From Actinomycetota bacterium (lineage in GTDB: Bacteria; Actinomycetota; AC-67): a stretch of DNA of 58,139 nucleotides. This document shows, one piece after another, positions 16,382 through 25,929 of this stretch; within the stretch, counting starts at the first letter, position 1; each line of letters begins with the position of its first letter. The DNA is taken from contig JBIOTQ010000001.1 in the NCBI GenBank assembly GCA_044866075.1, forward strand, positions 1-58,139. The letters run 5' to 3'. The notes below the pieces were generated by a model. It did not search any database. It was not told the DNA's origin and saw only the letters and a list, made by a program, of their open reading frames with translations. The position numbers and the translations under genes were made by a program.

Positions 16382-18117
16382 GGACGAGCGTCTGCAACGT
16401 TCTCGTTATCGGCTCGGGTGCGGCGGGGATGCGCGCAGCGATCGCTGCGCACGAGGCGGGGAGCGATGTCGTGGTCGTGGGCAAGCGCCCGCGATTCGAC
16501 GCCCATACGGTGCTTGCAGCTGGCGGTATCAACGCCGTGCTCGGCACCCGGGACCCTGAAGACTCCTGGCAGCAGCACTTTGCCGACACGATCCGCGAGG
16601 GATATTTCCTCTCTCATCCGCGGGTCGTCGAGATCATGGTCACGGAAGCACCGGACGCGATCCGTGAGCTCGACGTCTGGGGTTGCGACTTCGCCCGAAC
16701 CGAAGACGGGCGGATCGATCAGCGATTCTTCGGCGCGCACCACTACCGGCGAACGTGCTACACGGGCGATTTCATCGGGCGGGCTGTTCTTGGAGCGCTT
16801 CATCGCCGGGCCGCCGATATCGGCGTTCCTGAAATCGTCGAGGACGCCTACGTCGCGAAGCTTCTCGTCGCCGGCGGGGCGTGCTTCGGCGCGCTTACCT
16901 TCGATGTGCACACAGGGGAGCGCACCGCCTTTCTCGCCGATGCCGTCATCGTGTGCACCGGCGGACACACGAGGCTTTGGCGCCGCTCCTCGTCTCGGCG
17001 CGACGAGAGCTTCGGCGACGGGTTCGGCCTTCTGCTCGAGGCGGGCGTCGAGCTCATGGACATGGAGCTGGTCCAGTTCCATCCGACCGGGATGATGTGG
17101 CCCGAGAACATGGCCGGCCGGCTCGTCACCGAGGCGGTGCGCGGCGAGGGTGGACGCCTCTACAACGCCGTGGGCGAGCGGTTCATGGAGCGCTACGACC
17201 CAGAGCGCCTCGAACTCTCATCCCGCGATCGTGTCGCGCTGGCCATCCATACCGAGATCGCCGATGGCCGTGGGACCGAGCGCGGCGCTGTTCTCCTCGA
17301 CATCTCGCATCGTGGCAAGGACCACATTCTGGAGAAGCTGCCCCGCATGTACCGGCAGTTCATCGAGCATCAAATGCTCGACATCACAAGCGAGCCGATG
17401 GAGGTCGCCCCGACGGCGCACTACACGATGGGAGGTGCCGCCGTCGATCCCGAAACGCACGCGACGACGGTGCCCGGCTTGTTTGCAGCGGGCGAGGCAT
17501 GTGCGGGCCTGCACGGTGCGAACAGGCTTGGTGGGAACTCGCTTTCCGAAACGATCATCAGCGGGCGCCGGGCAGGAGAAGCGGCGGCGGGGTTTGCCGA
17601 AGACAGTGACGTCGTCCTGCGGCCACGCGGCGTCGTCCGCGAGGCGAACGAACAACTGGACGCGCTCGTGCGTCCGGGTTCCGAGCTCGCTCGGCCGCTC
17701 CAACGTCGCTTGCGCGATTTGATGTGGGACCAGTGCGGCCTCGTCCGCAACGAGCGAGACCTCAAGGAGGCGCTGGTCGACGTCTCGGAAATCCGCTCAG
17801 CGCTCCCAGACGTCGACGTCCGGCCGGGGGCCGAGGGGTGGAACGATCTCGCGTACGCGCTGGACTTGCGCGGAGGACTGCTCGCGGCCGAAGCGACGAT
17901 ACGCGGCGCGATCGAACGAAGAGAGACGCGCGGAGCGCACAACCGCTCCGACTATCCCGAAATCGACCCCGCTCTTCACGTCAACTTCTATACGCGGCTT
18001 AACGAATCGGAAGTTTCGATCCGAAGCAAGCCGGTCCCGGTCGCCTCGCCAGAGCTCGACCATATCCTGCGAACTGCGCCGCATGCCGTCGTGACGGCGG
18101 AGCATCTTCTCGAATGA
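16378..18117 (+). CDS. Succinate dehydrogenase/fumarate reductase flavoprotein-like FAD oxidoreductase
   Basis: IGSGAAG, AHTVLAAGG, QFHPTG, EAVRGEGG, HYTMGG, HGANRLGGNSL and ETRGAH. Confidence 0.9.
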   Translation: MRTSVCNVLVIGSGAAGMRAAIAAHEAGSDVVVVGKRPRFDAHTVLAAGGINAVLGTRDPEDSWQQHFADTIREGYFLSHPRVVEIMVTEAPDAIRELDVWGCDFARTEDGRIDQRFFGAHHYRRTCYTGDFIGRAVLGALHRRAADIGVPEIVEDAYVAKLLVAGGACFGALTFDVHTGERTAFLADAVIVCTGGHTRLWRRSSSRRDESFGDGFGLLLEAGVELMDMELVQFHPTGMMWPENMAGRLVTEAVRGEGGRLYNAVGERFMERYDPERLELSSRDRVALAIHTEIADGRGTERGAVLLDISHRGKDHILEKLPRMYRQFIEHQMLDITSEPMEVAPTAHYTMGGAAVDPETHATTVPGLFAAGEACAGLHGANRLGGNSLSETIISGRRAGEAAAGFAEDSDVVLRPRGVVREANEQLDALVRPGSELARPLQRRLRDLMWDQCGLVRNERDLKEALVDVSEIRSALPDVDVRPGAEGWNDLAYALDLRGGLLAAEATIRGAIERRETRGAHNRSDYPEIDPALHVNFYTRLNESEVSIRSKPVPVASPELDHILRTAPHAVVTAEHLLE

Positions 18118-18330
18118 GCGACGCAAGCGGGGACGTGTTCGGGGCTCGCAGTTACGCTCTTGGATCTGACCCCGTTTTGGCTGCATCGCGTGGCCATTGA
18201 AGTCTCTCATCCAACCCGCTGCGGGCGCTGTCGATGTGACTGAGTAGCGCCATGAACAGATGTGAACATCGCAGCTGCGATGGCTGCCGCGTCACGATGG
18301 AACGAACGTCTTAGCACTGGTCAGAATAAG

Positions 18331-18405
<75 letters not shown>

Positions 18406-18469
18406 GCGGGATGACATTCTAGCGGCGCACCGCTATCCGGCGAACCGAAAGCGACGCCCTCGAAACAAG

Positions 18470-18560
18470 CGGAGGCGGAGCGATTCGAACGCTCGAGGGA
18501 GCTTGCGCCCCCAACGGGATTAGCAATCCCGCGCCATAGACCAGACTAGGCGACGCCTCC
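18470..18560 (-). tRNA. tRNA-Ser(GCT)
   Basis: GGAGGCG acceptor stem, TTGCTAA anticodon loop, long variable arm, TTCGAAT. Confidence 0.95.
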
Positions 18561-18626
18561 GTGCAACCGGGGCATTCTACCGGCGCCTCCGACGAAGTCC
18601 GACGGCCTCGCTGCTAGGCTCGCCGC

Positions 18627-19406
18627 GTGCTCGGTCCGGTCTTTCATCTCGACGGCGAAACCATGGTTCCGACGGAGCTGGCGCGCGGCCCGTGGGATCC
18701 TCGTGCTCAGCACGGCGGTCCGGCCGCGGCGGCGCTGGCTCGTGCGCTCGAGCGGTGCGACCCGGTCGACGGGCTTTCGATCATGCGCGTCGTCGTCGAC
18801 CTCTTGCGTCCCGTGCCGCTCGCGCCCCTACGGACGCAGGCCCGCGTCGCGCGCGGCGGCAAGCGGGTTCAGCTTGTGGAAGCCGAGCTCCTCGCCGGCG
18901 AGGACGCCGTCGCACGCGCGTCGGCGTGGCGCCAGCGCCTCGCGGACGGGATCGCGCCGGCGACCGAAGCGGCCCCGATCGGAGCCGGTCCGGACGTGGG
19001 CAGGGAATGGGAGCCCGACCTTTCGACGCTCGGATTCTGGGCAGCGGTGGAATGGCGCTTCGTCTCCGGTTATTTCAGCGACATCGGACCGGCGACCGGT
19101 TGGTGCCGCCTCCGCACCTCCCTCTTCGACGGAGAGGAGCCCACGCCGTTGCAGCGCGTCTTGGTCGCAGCCGACTTCGGCAACGGGATCAGCGGCGAGC
19201 TGGACTTCATGCGCTACGTCTTCATCAACGTCGATCTGGCGGTTCACCTGCATCGCCTTCCGCGGGGAGAGTGGATCGGGCTCGACGCGATGACGTCGGT
19301 GGCGCCGAACGGGGTCGGCCTCACGCGAGGGACGCTCCACGATGCCGAGGGGCCGATCGGCGGAAGTGCGCAACAGCTCGTCGTCGACCGGCGACCGCCG
19401 GGATGA
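18627..19406 (+). CDS. TesB-like acyl-CoA thioesterase (double hotdog fold)
   Basis: RGPW...QHGG, DLLRPVP, AADFGNG and FINVDLAVHLHR. Confidence 0.85.
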   Translation: MLGPVFHLDGETMVPTELARGPWDPRAQHGGPAAAALARALERCDPVDGLSIMRVVVDLLRPVPLAPLRTQARVARGGKRVQLVEAELLAGEDAVARASAWRQRLADGIAPATEAAPIGAGPDVGREWEPDLSTLGFWAAVEWRFVSGYFSDIGPATGWCRLRTSLFDGEEPTPLQRVLVAADFGNGISGELDFMRYVFINVDLAVHLHRLPRGEWIGLDAMTSVAPNGVGLTRGTLHDAEGPIGGSAQQLVVDRRPPG

Positions 19407-19410
19407 GCGG

Positions 19411-20343
19411 TCAGTCGAGGAGCGGCTTCACCTCGGCAGCGAGCCACTCCATCGTGCGGATTGCCTCGGCCGGGAACATCGCGAGATCGAGAATCATCGT
19501 CGACACGCCCTCGTCGCGATAGCGCAGGAGCTCGTCGGCGACATCGCGCGGCGTTCCGGCGATCGAGCGCCTCTCCGGAAGGAAGTCGCCGATCTCGAAC
19601 GGCGGCTTGACCCCGCGCCGCAGCGACAGCGCGACCTCCGACGCGTCGCGGCCCGCGTCCTTCGCGGCGCGTTCGATCCCGCCGCGGATCTCCGCGATCT
19701 CTTCGACCCAGACCTCCATGCCCAGCCACCCGTCGGCGAGAGTTCCGGCGCGCCGCAGAGCGGCGGGCGTGTTGCCGCCGACGTAGAGCGGCGGGCCTCC
19801 CGGGCGATGGGGTTGCGTCGCGAGCACGACATCGGTGAAGTGAGCGTGTTTGCCGTCGAAGCTAACCGGTGAGCTCGAGTTCCACAACGTCTTCAGCACG
19901 CGGATGTATTCGTCGGTGCGCGAGCCGCGCTCCTCCGGCGGGACGCCGAGCGCACGGAACTCCTCCGCGAGCCAGCCGGCGCCGATCCCGACGATCATGC
20001 GGCCCTCGCTCAGGCGATCGAGCGTGGACATCTCGTTCGCCAGCACGACGGGATTGCGGTACGGCAGCACAAGGATGGCGGACCCGATAAGAACGTTCTC
20101 GGTCGCGCCGGCGACCACGCCCATGGTCGATACGGGATCCAGCCACGTGATGCCCGGCGTGAAGAGCATCTCGGTGGTCGAGCGCTTGTACGGATACTCA
20201 CTCGTCCTTTCCTTCGGGATGACGACGTGATCCGTCGCCCACACCGAGTGGAAGCCCAGGCGGTCGGCGGCGCGCGCGAGATCGAGGACGAACTCGCGCT
20301 CCGCGATCGGGCCGACCGTGGGGAGCGACACGCCGAGGTTCAC
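19411..20343 (-). CDS. LLM-class (probable F420-dependent) oxidoreductase
   Basis: GFHSVWATDHVVIP, LPYRNP, LDRLSEGR..GIGAGW and LYVGG. Confidence 0.88.
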   Translation of the reverse strand: MNLGVSLPTVGPIAEREFVLDLARAADRLGFHSVWATDHVVIPKERTSEYPYKRSTTEMLFTPGITWLDPVSTMGVVAGATENVLIGSAILVLPYRNPVVLANEMSTLDRLSEGRMIVGIGAGWLAEEFRALGVPPEERGSRTDEYIRVLKTLWNSSSPVSFDGKHAHFTDVVLATQPHRPGGPPLYVGGNTPAALRRAGTLADGWLGMEVWVEEIAEIRGGIERAAKDAGRDASEVALSLRRGVKPPFEIGDFLPERRSIAGTPRDVADELLRYRDEGVSTMILDLAMFPAEAIRTMEWLAAEVKPLLD

Positions 20344-20346
20344 GGA

Positions 20347-20799
20347 TCACTCCTCTTCGGCCGCGCGCAACAGCGGGATCAAGAACCAGAAGGCGAGAGC
20401 CCCCGCGGCGGCGATGCCACCGGCAGTCCCCGCAGCCCTGGCGTCGAAAACAACGTCGGAGACGACGTAGACGACGAGAGCGATAGAGACTGCCAGGAAC
20501 GCCAGGCCGGCGATCGCGACACGGTTCGAGAACACGAGGATGTGCTCTTTGTCGCGTTGCCGCCAGCGCAGCCGATGGTAGGCCGACGGCGTGATCAACA
20601 AGATGCTCGCCACCGTGGTGCTGAGGAACGCGGCGAAGTACGCGTTGCGTTGCAGCGTCGAGATGCTCTGGAACTTGTTGCTGAACGGGACCGTCAGCAG
20701 GAACGCGAACAGCACCTGCACGCCCGGCAGAACGACGCGAAGCTCATTGAGGAGCTCGATGAGCTCGCGATCGAGCCTCGACTTCGCGTCCTCGGCCAT
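20347..20799 (-). CDS. DUF6328-like membrane protein
   Basis: ELLNELRVVLPGVQVLFAFLLTVPF...P.AYHR; four hydrophobic segments. Confidence 0.8.
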   Translation of the reverse strand: MAEDAKSRLDRELIELLNELRVVLPGVQVLFAFLLTVPFSNKFQSISTLQRNAYFAAFLSTTVASILLITPSAYHRLRWRQRDKEHILVFSNRVAIAGLAFLAVSIALVVYVVSDVVFDARAAGTAGGIAAAGALAFWFLIPLLRAAEEE

Positions 20800-20817
20800 G
20801 CGCTTATCCTAAAAGGT

Positions 20818-21411
20818 GTGGGAACGAACGAGACACCCACGCCTCCTCGCGCCGAGCTGCGCGCGACACGCGTCTCGATCCGCCCGTACGTCGCAGCGGA
20901 CGCCCAAGCGCTGCTCGACCTCCGGCAAACGAACAAGGACTTCTTCGCTCCGTACGAACCCTCGTCCGTCGTCCTTCCCCAGACGGTTGCGGAGCAACGG
21001 GAACGCCTCGCCGCGGAGGGCGCCGAATGGGACGCCGGCCGCCGGTACACCTTCGGGATCTTCACGTTGCCGGGTGATGAGCTGGTGGGACAGGTACAGC
21101 TCTCGCACGTAACGCGAGGCGCCTTGCAGAACGCGAACCTCGGCTACTTCATCGGCGAAGCGGCCAACGGCAAGGGCTACGCGACCGCAGCCACGCGCCT
21201 TGCGCTCGATTTCGCATTCGACGTCGCCGATCTCCATCGCGTGCAGGCCGGCACGCTTCGCGACAACCGTCGGTCCATGCGCGTCCTCGAGAAGGCGGGG
21301 TTCCGGCGCGAGGGGACGGCGCTCCGCTATCTCGAGATCAAAGGTGTGTGGGAGGATCACGAGATCTTCGCGATCACACGGGAAGAGTGGAGGGGGGACG
21401 TTGTAACGTAG
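20818..21411 (+). CDS. RimJ/RimL-type GNAT N-acetyltransferase
   Basis: ANLGYFIG..NGKGYAT, LHRVQA, N.RS.RVLEKAGF and YLEI.G.WEDH. Confidence 0.88.
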   Translation: MGTNETPTPPRAELRATRVSIRPYVAADAQALLDLRQTNKDFFAPYEPSSVVLPQTVAEQRERLAAEGAEWDAGRRYTFGIFTLPGDELVGQVQLSHVTRGALQNANLGYFIGEAANGKGYATAATRLALDFAFDVADLHRVQAGTLRDNRRSMRVLEKAGFRREGTALRYLEIKGVWEDHEIFAITREEWRGDVVT

Positions 21412-21485
21412 TCAGCCGCAGGGAGACCGGTATCTCAACGCCGGACGATCGTGGCCGGGCCAGCCGGCCGGAGGAGGGGGATGCC

Positions 21486-21740
21486 ATGCCGCTGTACATG
21501 GATGTTCACAACAGCCTCCCCGAAGGGGCGGGCTTGAAGGACGTCGAGGCCGCGCACGCGGCGGATCTCAAGACCCAGGGGAAGCATGGGGTCTCCTACA
21601 AGCAGTATTGGTTCGACGAGAAGCAGGGCAAGGTGTGGTGTCTCGTCGAGGCGCCGAACGCCGAGGCTGCGATGACGGTCCACCGGGAAGCGCACGGTTT
21701 GCTGGCCGACGAGATCTACGAGGTCAAGGAAGGGTCCTAG
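21486..21740 (+). CDS. DUF4242 / SCO4226-like protein (second copy)
   Basis: MPLYMDVH...AH.ADL..Q..YWFDE..GKVWCL.EAP...VHREAHGL; SD GGAGG. Confidence 0.88.
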   Translation: MPLYMDVHNSLPEGAGLKDVEAAHAADLKTQGKHGVSYKQYWFDEKQGKVWCLVEAPNAEAAMTVHREAHGLLADEIYEVKEGS

Positions 21741-21765
21741 CCCTTCCCGCCCGCTCGCTTCGGTC

Positions 21766-21797
21766 GAACCCCCGCGGGCGCGGGGGTTCACCTTTTG
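21766..21797 (+). terminator. Intrinsic terminator
   Basis: gaacccccgcg-gg-cgcgggggttc followed by accttttg. Confidence 0.65.
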
Positions 21798-21871
21798 TGG
21801 CTGAACCAACGGCGCTCGTCCCTCGTACTAGCTCGGGAGAGGGCAAATCGGACATCACGAGAGGAGGCCCA

Positions 21872-22318
21872 ATGTCTCGACGCGTGATCATCGTCTTCTG
21901 CGGCCTTGCCGTGTTCGCGCTCGCCGCTCTCGCCATCTCCGCCGGAGCCGGCGCGGGGGGACGGCCGTTCGCAACGACGCTGACGGGAGCCGCCGAGCGG
22001 CCGGGCCCGGGCGACCCGGACGGCACCGGCACTGCGAGCATCACACTGAACCAGGGGCTGAACGAAGTCTGCTTCCACCTGACGGTGTCGGGGATCGCCC
22101 CGGCGACGTTGGCGCACATCCACGTCGCGCCGCCGACCGATCCCGGACCGATCGTCGTTCACCTCGCCCCACCCACATCCGGAGAATCGAGCGGGTGCGT
22201 CGACAACGTCGAGCCGGCCTTGATCAAGGCGATACGGCAGCATCCGGAGGCGTACTACATCAACGTCCACAACGCCGACTTCCCAGCGGGGGCATTGCGC
22301 GGACAGCTCTCGAAGTAG
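21872..22318 (+). CDS. Secreted CHRD-domain protein
   Basis: Signal peptide; LTGAAE.P, AHIH, YYINVHN..FP.G.LRGQL. Confidence 0.88.
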   Translation: MSRRVIIVFCGLAVFALAALAISAGAGAGGRPFATTLTGAAERPGPGDPDGTGTASITLNQGLNEVCFHLTVSGIAPATLAHIHVAPPTDPGPIVVHLAPPTSGESSGCVDNVEPALIKAIRQHPEAYYINVHNADFPAGALRGQLSK

Positions 22319-22330
22319 AAGGAGAGACTC

Positions 22331-22358
22331 GTGAGCCCCCGCGGACGCGGGGGCCCAC
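22331..22358. terminator. Hairpin between convergent genes
   Basis: gcccccgcg-ga-cgcgggggc. Confidence 0.6.
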
Positions 22359-22375
22359 CAGTTCATGGGGTCACG

Positions 22376-23407
22376 TTACCAGGCCGCGTCGGCGAATCCG
22401 CGCCCAAGACTAAGCCTCTGCCGCCCGTCGTAGCGGAACAGCTTGCCGGCTGCGAGGTACAGCAAGTGGTCTCCGCTGGCGTCGAAATCGAGCGGCGCAG
22501 CTCTCGTTGAGAAGATCCTCCTCAATCGATCGCTCCGCGCGTTGTATTCGAGCGTCGGGAAGATCGCGTCCGGCCCTTCGTCCGGGTACGCGACGGAAAA
22601 CGCGACTGAGTTGTACTCCCGGCGAACGGCCATGCTCGTCATCGTGAACGGCTGATCGTCGAACGACGTCAGGGGATTACCGGGCTCGAGTCCCGGTCCG
22701 TAGGGAGCGCCGTCGAGGCGGCCGTCCGAGCCCGAAGGGTCGAGCATCATGGGTACGCACATGTCTGCACCGCAGCCGTGAACGAGTACGAACCGTGGGT
22801 CGGGGCCCCAGAGCACGTCTCCGACGGCCGCCCCGTCCCACTCGGTTGGGAATCTCCACTCGCGTTCGTCGCCCGTCCTCAGGTCGAGCACGACCACGTA
22901 GTCTCGCCAGCTCTTGCAGTCGTCGATCGCGACGTACGCGAGCCGCTCACCGTCGGGGCTCACGTCCGGCGACCTGCCGGCGGCGACGCGCTTGCTCGTT
23001 GCCCCCGTGACGGACACGGCGCGGATCTCGTGACAGCGATCGTTCAAAGCGACCGTGAAATAGACGGTCTTGCGATCGGGCGAAAGGACGAGCGGGACGT
23101 CCTGTCCCCGAGTGGCGGTGCGGCCGGCGATGGTGCGGATGACTGATCCATCCCACGAGGAGATCAGAACGATCTCGCCGCGCCGGCTGGCGACGATCGT
23201 CGTCGGGCGAGGGGATCTCCCCCACTGCGACGCGCCCGAGATCCTCTCGGTTGTGGACGGCCCGGTTTCGGCCGGCCCGGTTTCGGCCGGGGTCGGCGAT
23301 GCCGTGGTCGGTGCGAGGGAGGGTTTCGCGTACGGCTTAGGGAGAGGCTCGATCCCGCCGCAAGCGACGAGAACGACGAGAACTGTCGAAGCGACGAATG
23401 TACGCAT
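22376..23407 (-). CDS. Lipoprotein with TolB/PD40-like beta-propeller repeats
   Basis: Lipobox LVAC; Pro/Thr linker; repeats LSPDRKTVYF, VSPDGERLAY and FDASGDHLLY. Confidence 0.65.
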   Translation of the reverse strand: MRTFVASTVLVVLVACGGIEPLPKPYAKPSLAPTTASPTPAETGPAETGPSTTERISGASQWGRSPRPTTIVASRRGEIVLISSWDGSVIRTIAGRTATRGQDVPLVLSPDRKTVYFTVALNDRCHEIRAVSVTGATSKRVAAGRSPDVSPDGERLAYVAIDDCKSWRDYVVVLDLRTGDEREWRFPTEWDGAAVGDVLWGPDPRFVLVHGCGADMCVPMMLDPSGSDGRLDGAPYGPGLEPGNPLTSFDDQPFTMTSMAVRREYNSVAFSVAYPDEGPDAIFPTLEYNARSDRLRRIFSTRAAPLDFDASGDHLLYLAAGKLFRYDGRQRLSLGRGFADAAW

Positions 23408-23461
23408 GGCGCAACGATGCAACCGGGCCCGGCGAAACCGTGATGACCTTAAGGGCAGAAC

Positions 23462-24160
23462 TCATGGCTTCTCGTACTCGTCGTGGCGGCGCCACCATTC
23501 GTACGGCGGCGTCTGCGGGTATCCCTCGGGCGAGTCCTCCCACGTCTCCTGGCGCCCGAGTGGCGACAGGTCGAGGAACGCCCACACGGTGCCGAGCATC
23601 TCGACACCGCGACCTTCCGTGAAGTAGGTCCGGTACACCTCGTCGCCGTCGCGGATGAACACGCTCAATCCGAAGGTCTCGCCCTCCGGCCGAGAGCGTC
23701 CGAAATCGACGTTGAAGTCGGTGCCCTCCGACGAGTACCAGGGGACGTCCCATCCCATCCGACGCCGGTAGGCATCGATCTTCGCGAGCGGCGCGACGGA
23801 AACGGCGACGAAGGACGAGTCGCGCGCGTGCAGGTGCGCGAGATGAGGGAGCTGATCGATGACCATCGAGCAGCCGGGGCATCCGGCGTCGGGCCAGCCC
23901 TCGACGCTGGGGGCGAACATGAAGTGGTAGAGGATCAGCTGGCTGCGCCCGTCGAACAGTTCCGCCAGGCTCCGTTTGCCGTCGGGACCGTCGAAGACGT
24001 ACTCCTTGTCGATCCGCACGCGCGGGAGCCGGCGGCGCTCGGCTGCGAGCGCATCGCGCGCCTTCGTCGCCTCTTTCTCTTTCACGCGCAGGGCGTCGAG
24101 GGCCTTTTGCCATTCGCCCTGCGAAACGACCGGCGGAAGCGTCTGATCGTTGGTCGCCAT
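23462..24160 (-). CDS. DUF899 thioredoxin-like protein
   Basis: LAAERRRLP, LFDGRSQL..YHFM, GCPGCS and LGRQETWEDSPEGYPQ. Confidence 0.9.
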   Translation of the reverse strand: MATNDQTLPPVVSQGEWQKALDALRVKEKEATKARDALAAERRRLPRVRIDKEYVFDGPDGKRSLAELFDGRSQLILYHFMFAPSVEGWPDAGCPGCSMVIDQLPHLAHLHARDSSFVAVSVAPLAKIDAYRRRMGWDVPWYSSEGTDFNVDFGRSRPEGETFGLSVFIRDGDEVYRTYFTEGRGVEMLGTVWAFLDLSPLGRQETWEDSPEGYPQTPPYEWWRRHDEYEKP

Positions 24161-24292
24161 GGATCCTCCTCTCGAGCCGCGTCTCGCGCCAAGCCTATGA
24201 CCTCTTCCGTCCGGCACTAAACCGAACGGCGGGCTCCGGCCTCTTGGCTGACGGATCGCCTGGATCCACCGGCCGAGGAGGGGAGCACCGAC

Positions 24293-25927
24293 GTGCGAAT
24301 CGGAAGCGGAGTGCTGTGCGTGGCGTTGGCGGTCACCGGATGCATGGGGGTGCCCGACCCGCCGGCACGCCCTGCAACGCGGGCCTCGCGCGCGACCCCT
24401 GCGCGAGCCGTCCCACGGACTCCGGCGCCCACCCCCGTCGTCTACCCCGTGAACAATCACTTCGCCCTGCCGCGTCCCGGTCATGCGCGTTACGCGTCGG
24501 ACGGAGCGATCATGCGGAATTACGGGGACGAGCACGACGGCGCCGGCTGGCAATTCAGCCCCGTCACCGCGGGCCTTCACTGCTACACGGCGCACCGGAT
24601 CTGGGTGGAGACCGGGCAGAGCGAGGCGGCGCGTCTCGTTCGGCAGCAGGCGGACGCTCTCATCCGGCGCGGGAAGCGAGCCGGCGAAGGCACCGTTTGG
24701 AAGTACAACTTCACGAACCGGGCCTTCGGCGCCGGGCCGGGGTGGATCTCGGGAATGGGTCAGGGTTTCGGGATCGCGTGCCTGGCCGCTGCATACACGG
24801 TTACCGGCGACGACCGTTATCTGTCGGCCGCGAGACGCGCGTTCGTGTCGATGCGCGCACCGTTCGGCGACCGGGGAACTGCCGTCCGGGTGGGACGCGG
24901 AGTCTTCTACGAGGAAGTCGCGGGAGCCGGGGCGCGCCCCGCGCACATCCTCAACGGGATGATCTTCGCTCTCGGCGGAGTCTGGATGCTCAATGCGGTA
25001 GATCCGCACCCCGAGTACGAACGCGCGCTCCTCGACGGCATCGCCGGCGTGCGAGCGATCCTCGACTCGTACACCGCACCGGGGGTCTCGTTGTACGACC
25101 TCAGAACGCGTCGGCCTGCGCCGATCGGCAAGTACAACGTCATCCATGTCGAGCTGCTTCAGTGGCTGTACTCGTTGACCGGCGACTCCCATTTCCTAGA
25201 GGTCGCCCTGCGATTCATGACGTTCGAGCGGAGGCTTCGTCCGTCGTTCGTCGTCTCGGGAAAGCCCACTATAGGGACGTACGGCTCGTTCCGCGGCCGT
25301 CGTGGTGACGTAGTGACCCTGGAAGCGTCGTTCGCTCGCCCGACGCCCCTCGATCGCATCGAGGTCATCTCGCCGTCGGAGACGACGGCGCCTGCGGAAG
25401 CGATCGTCGACATCGGCGGCCGGTCCGTTCGGGCTCATCCCAAGGGCCGCTACATCACGCTGGATGTCCCCCTTCAATCCACGAGAACTGTTCGCATCCG
25501 TTTCACGCCGCGGCGTGGGTCGCGAGTCGCGATGCGCCTCGTCACGCTCAGCAACCCCGCGCTGCGCTCATTCGTCGTCCTGTCGTCGGATACCGCCGCG
25601 TATCGAGATACGCGCACGGGGAGCCGCACGCCTTTGAACCTGACCGATGGCCGCACGTCGAGTCGCTGGTCGTCGCTTCGGCCCGATCCGTGGATCCTGG
25701 TTTCTCTTGGCGAGGCGAGGGCGGGCCGGATCAGATTGGCGACGTGCCCCGGTACCTATTCGTTCGCGTGGTCATTCGCCCATGACCTGCACTCATTCAC
25801 CGAGGGCGGAAGAACACGTGCATCGCCGAGTACGACCGTCACGCTGAGCCCTCCGGAGGGGACGAGGTACGTTCTCGTCGAGTGGCGGGGAGCCGGCGGC
25901 TGCCTCGCCGAGATCAGCCAAGCCTGA
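24293..25927 (+). CDS. Lipoprotein with a D-glucuronyl C5-epimerase C-terminal-like domain and beta-rich C-terminal modules
   Basis: Lipobox VTGC; WISGMGQG, FYEE, HILNGMIFAL.G, SLYDL and Y..IH..LL. Confidence 0.75.
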   Translation: MRIGSGVLCVALAVTGCMGVPDPPARPATRASRATPARAVPRTPAPTPVVYPVNNHFALPRPGHARYASDGAIMRNYGDEHDGAGWQFSPVTAGLHCYTAHRIWVETGQSEAARLVRQQADALIRRGKRAGEGTVWKYNFTNRAFGAGPGWISGMGQGFGIACLAAAYTVTGDDRYLSAARRAFVSMRAPFGDRGTAVRVGRGVFYEEVAGAGARPAHILNGMIFALGGVWMLNAVDPHPEYERALLDGIAGVRAILDSYTAPGVSLYDLRTRRPAPIGKYNVIHVELLQWLYSLTGDSHFLEVALRFMTFERRLRPSFVVSGKPTIGTYGSFRGRRGDVVTLEASFARPTPLDRIEVISPSETTAPAEAIVDIGGRSVRAHPKGRYITLDVPLQSTRTVRIRFTPRRGSRVAMRLVTLSNPALRSFVVLSSDTAAYRDTRTGSRTPLNLTDGRTSSRWSSLRPDPWILVSLGEARAGRIRLATCPGTYSFAWSFAHDLHSFTEGGRTRASPSTTVTLSPPEGTRYVLVEWRGAGGCLAEISQA

Positions 25928-25929
25928 CG

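Larger units (their letters stand above)
15056..18329. mobile_element. Integrase-less islet 1 (LysR + small ORF + SdhA-like flavoprotein) at the tRNA-Arg 3' end
   Basis: Bounded by the intact tRNA and its exact 44-bp 3' duplicate. Confidence 0.75.

Noticed and set aside
21013-21022. gcggagggcg matches the tRNA-Ser(TGA) 3' end
   Set aside because: Only 10 bp and inside the GNAT coding sequence; likely chance
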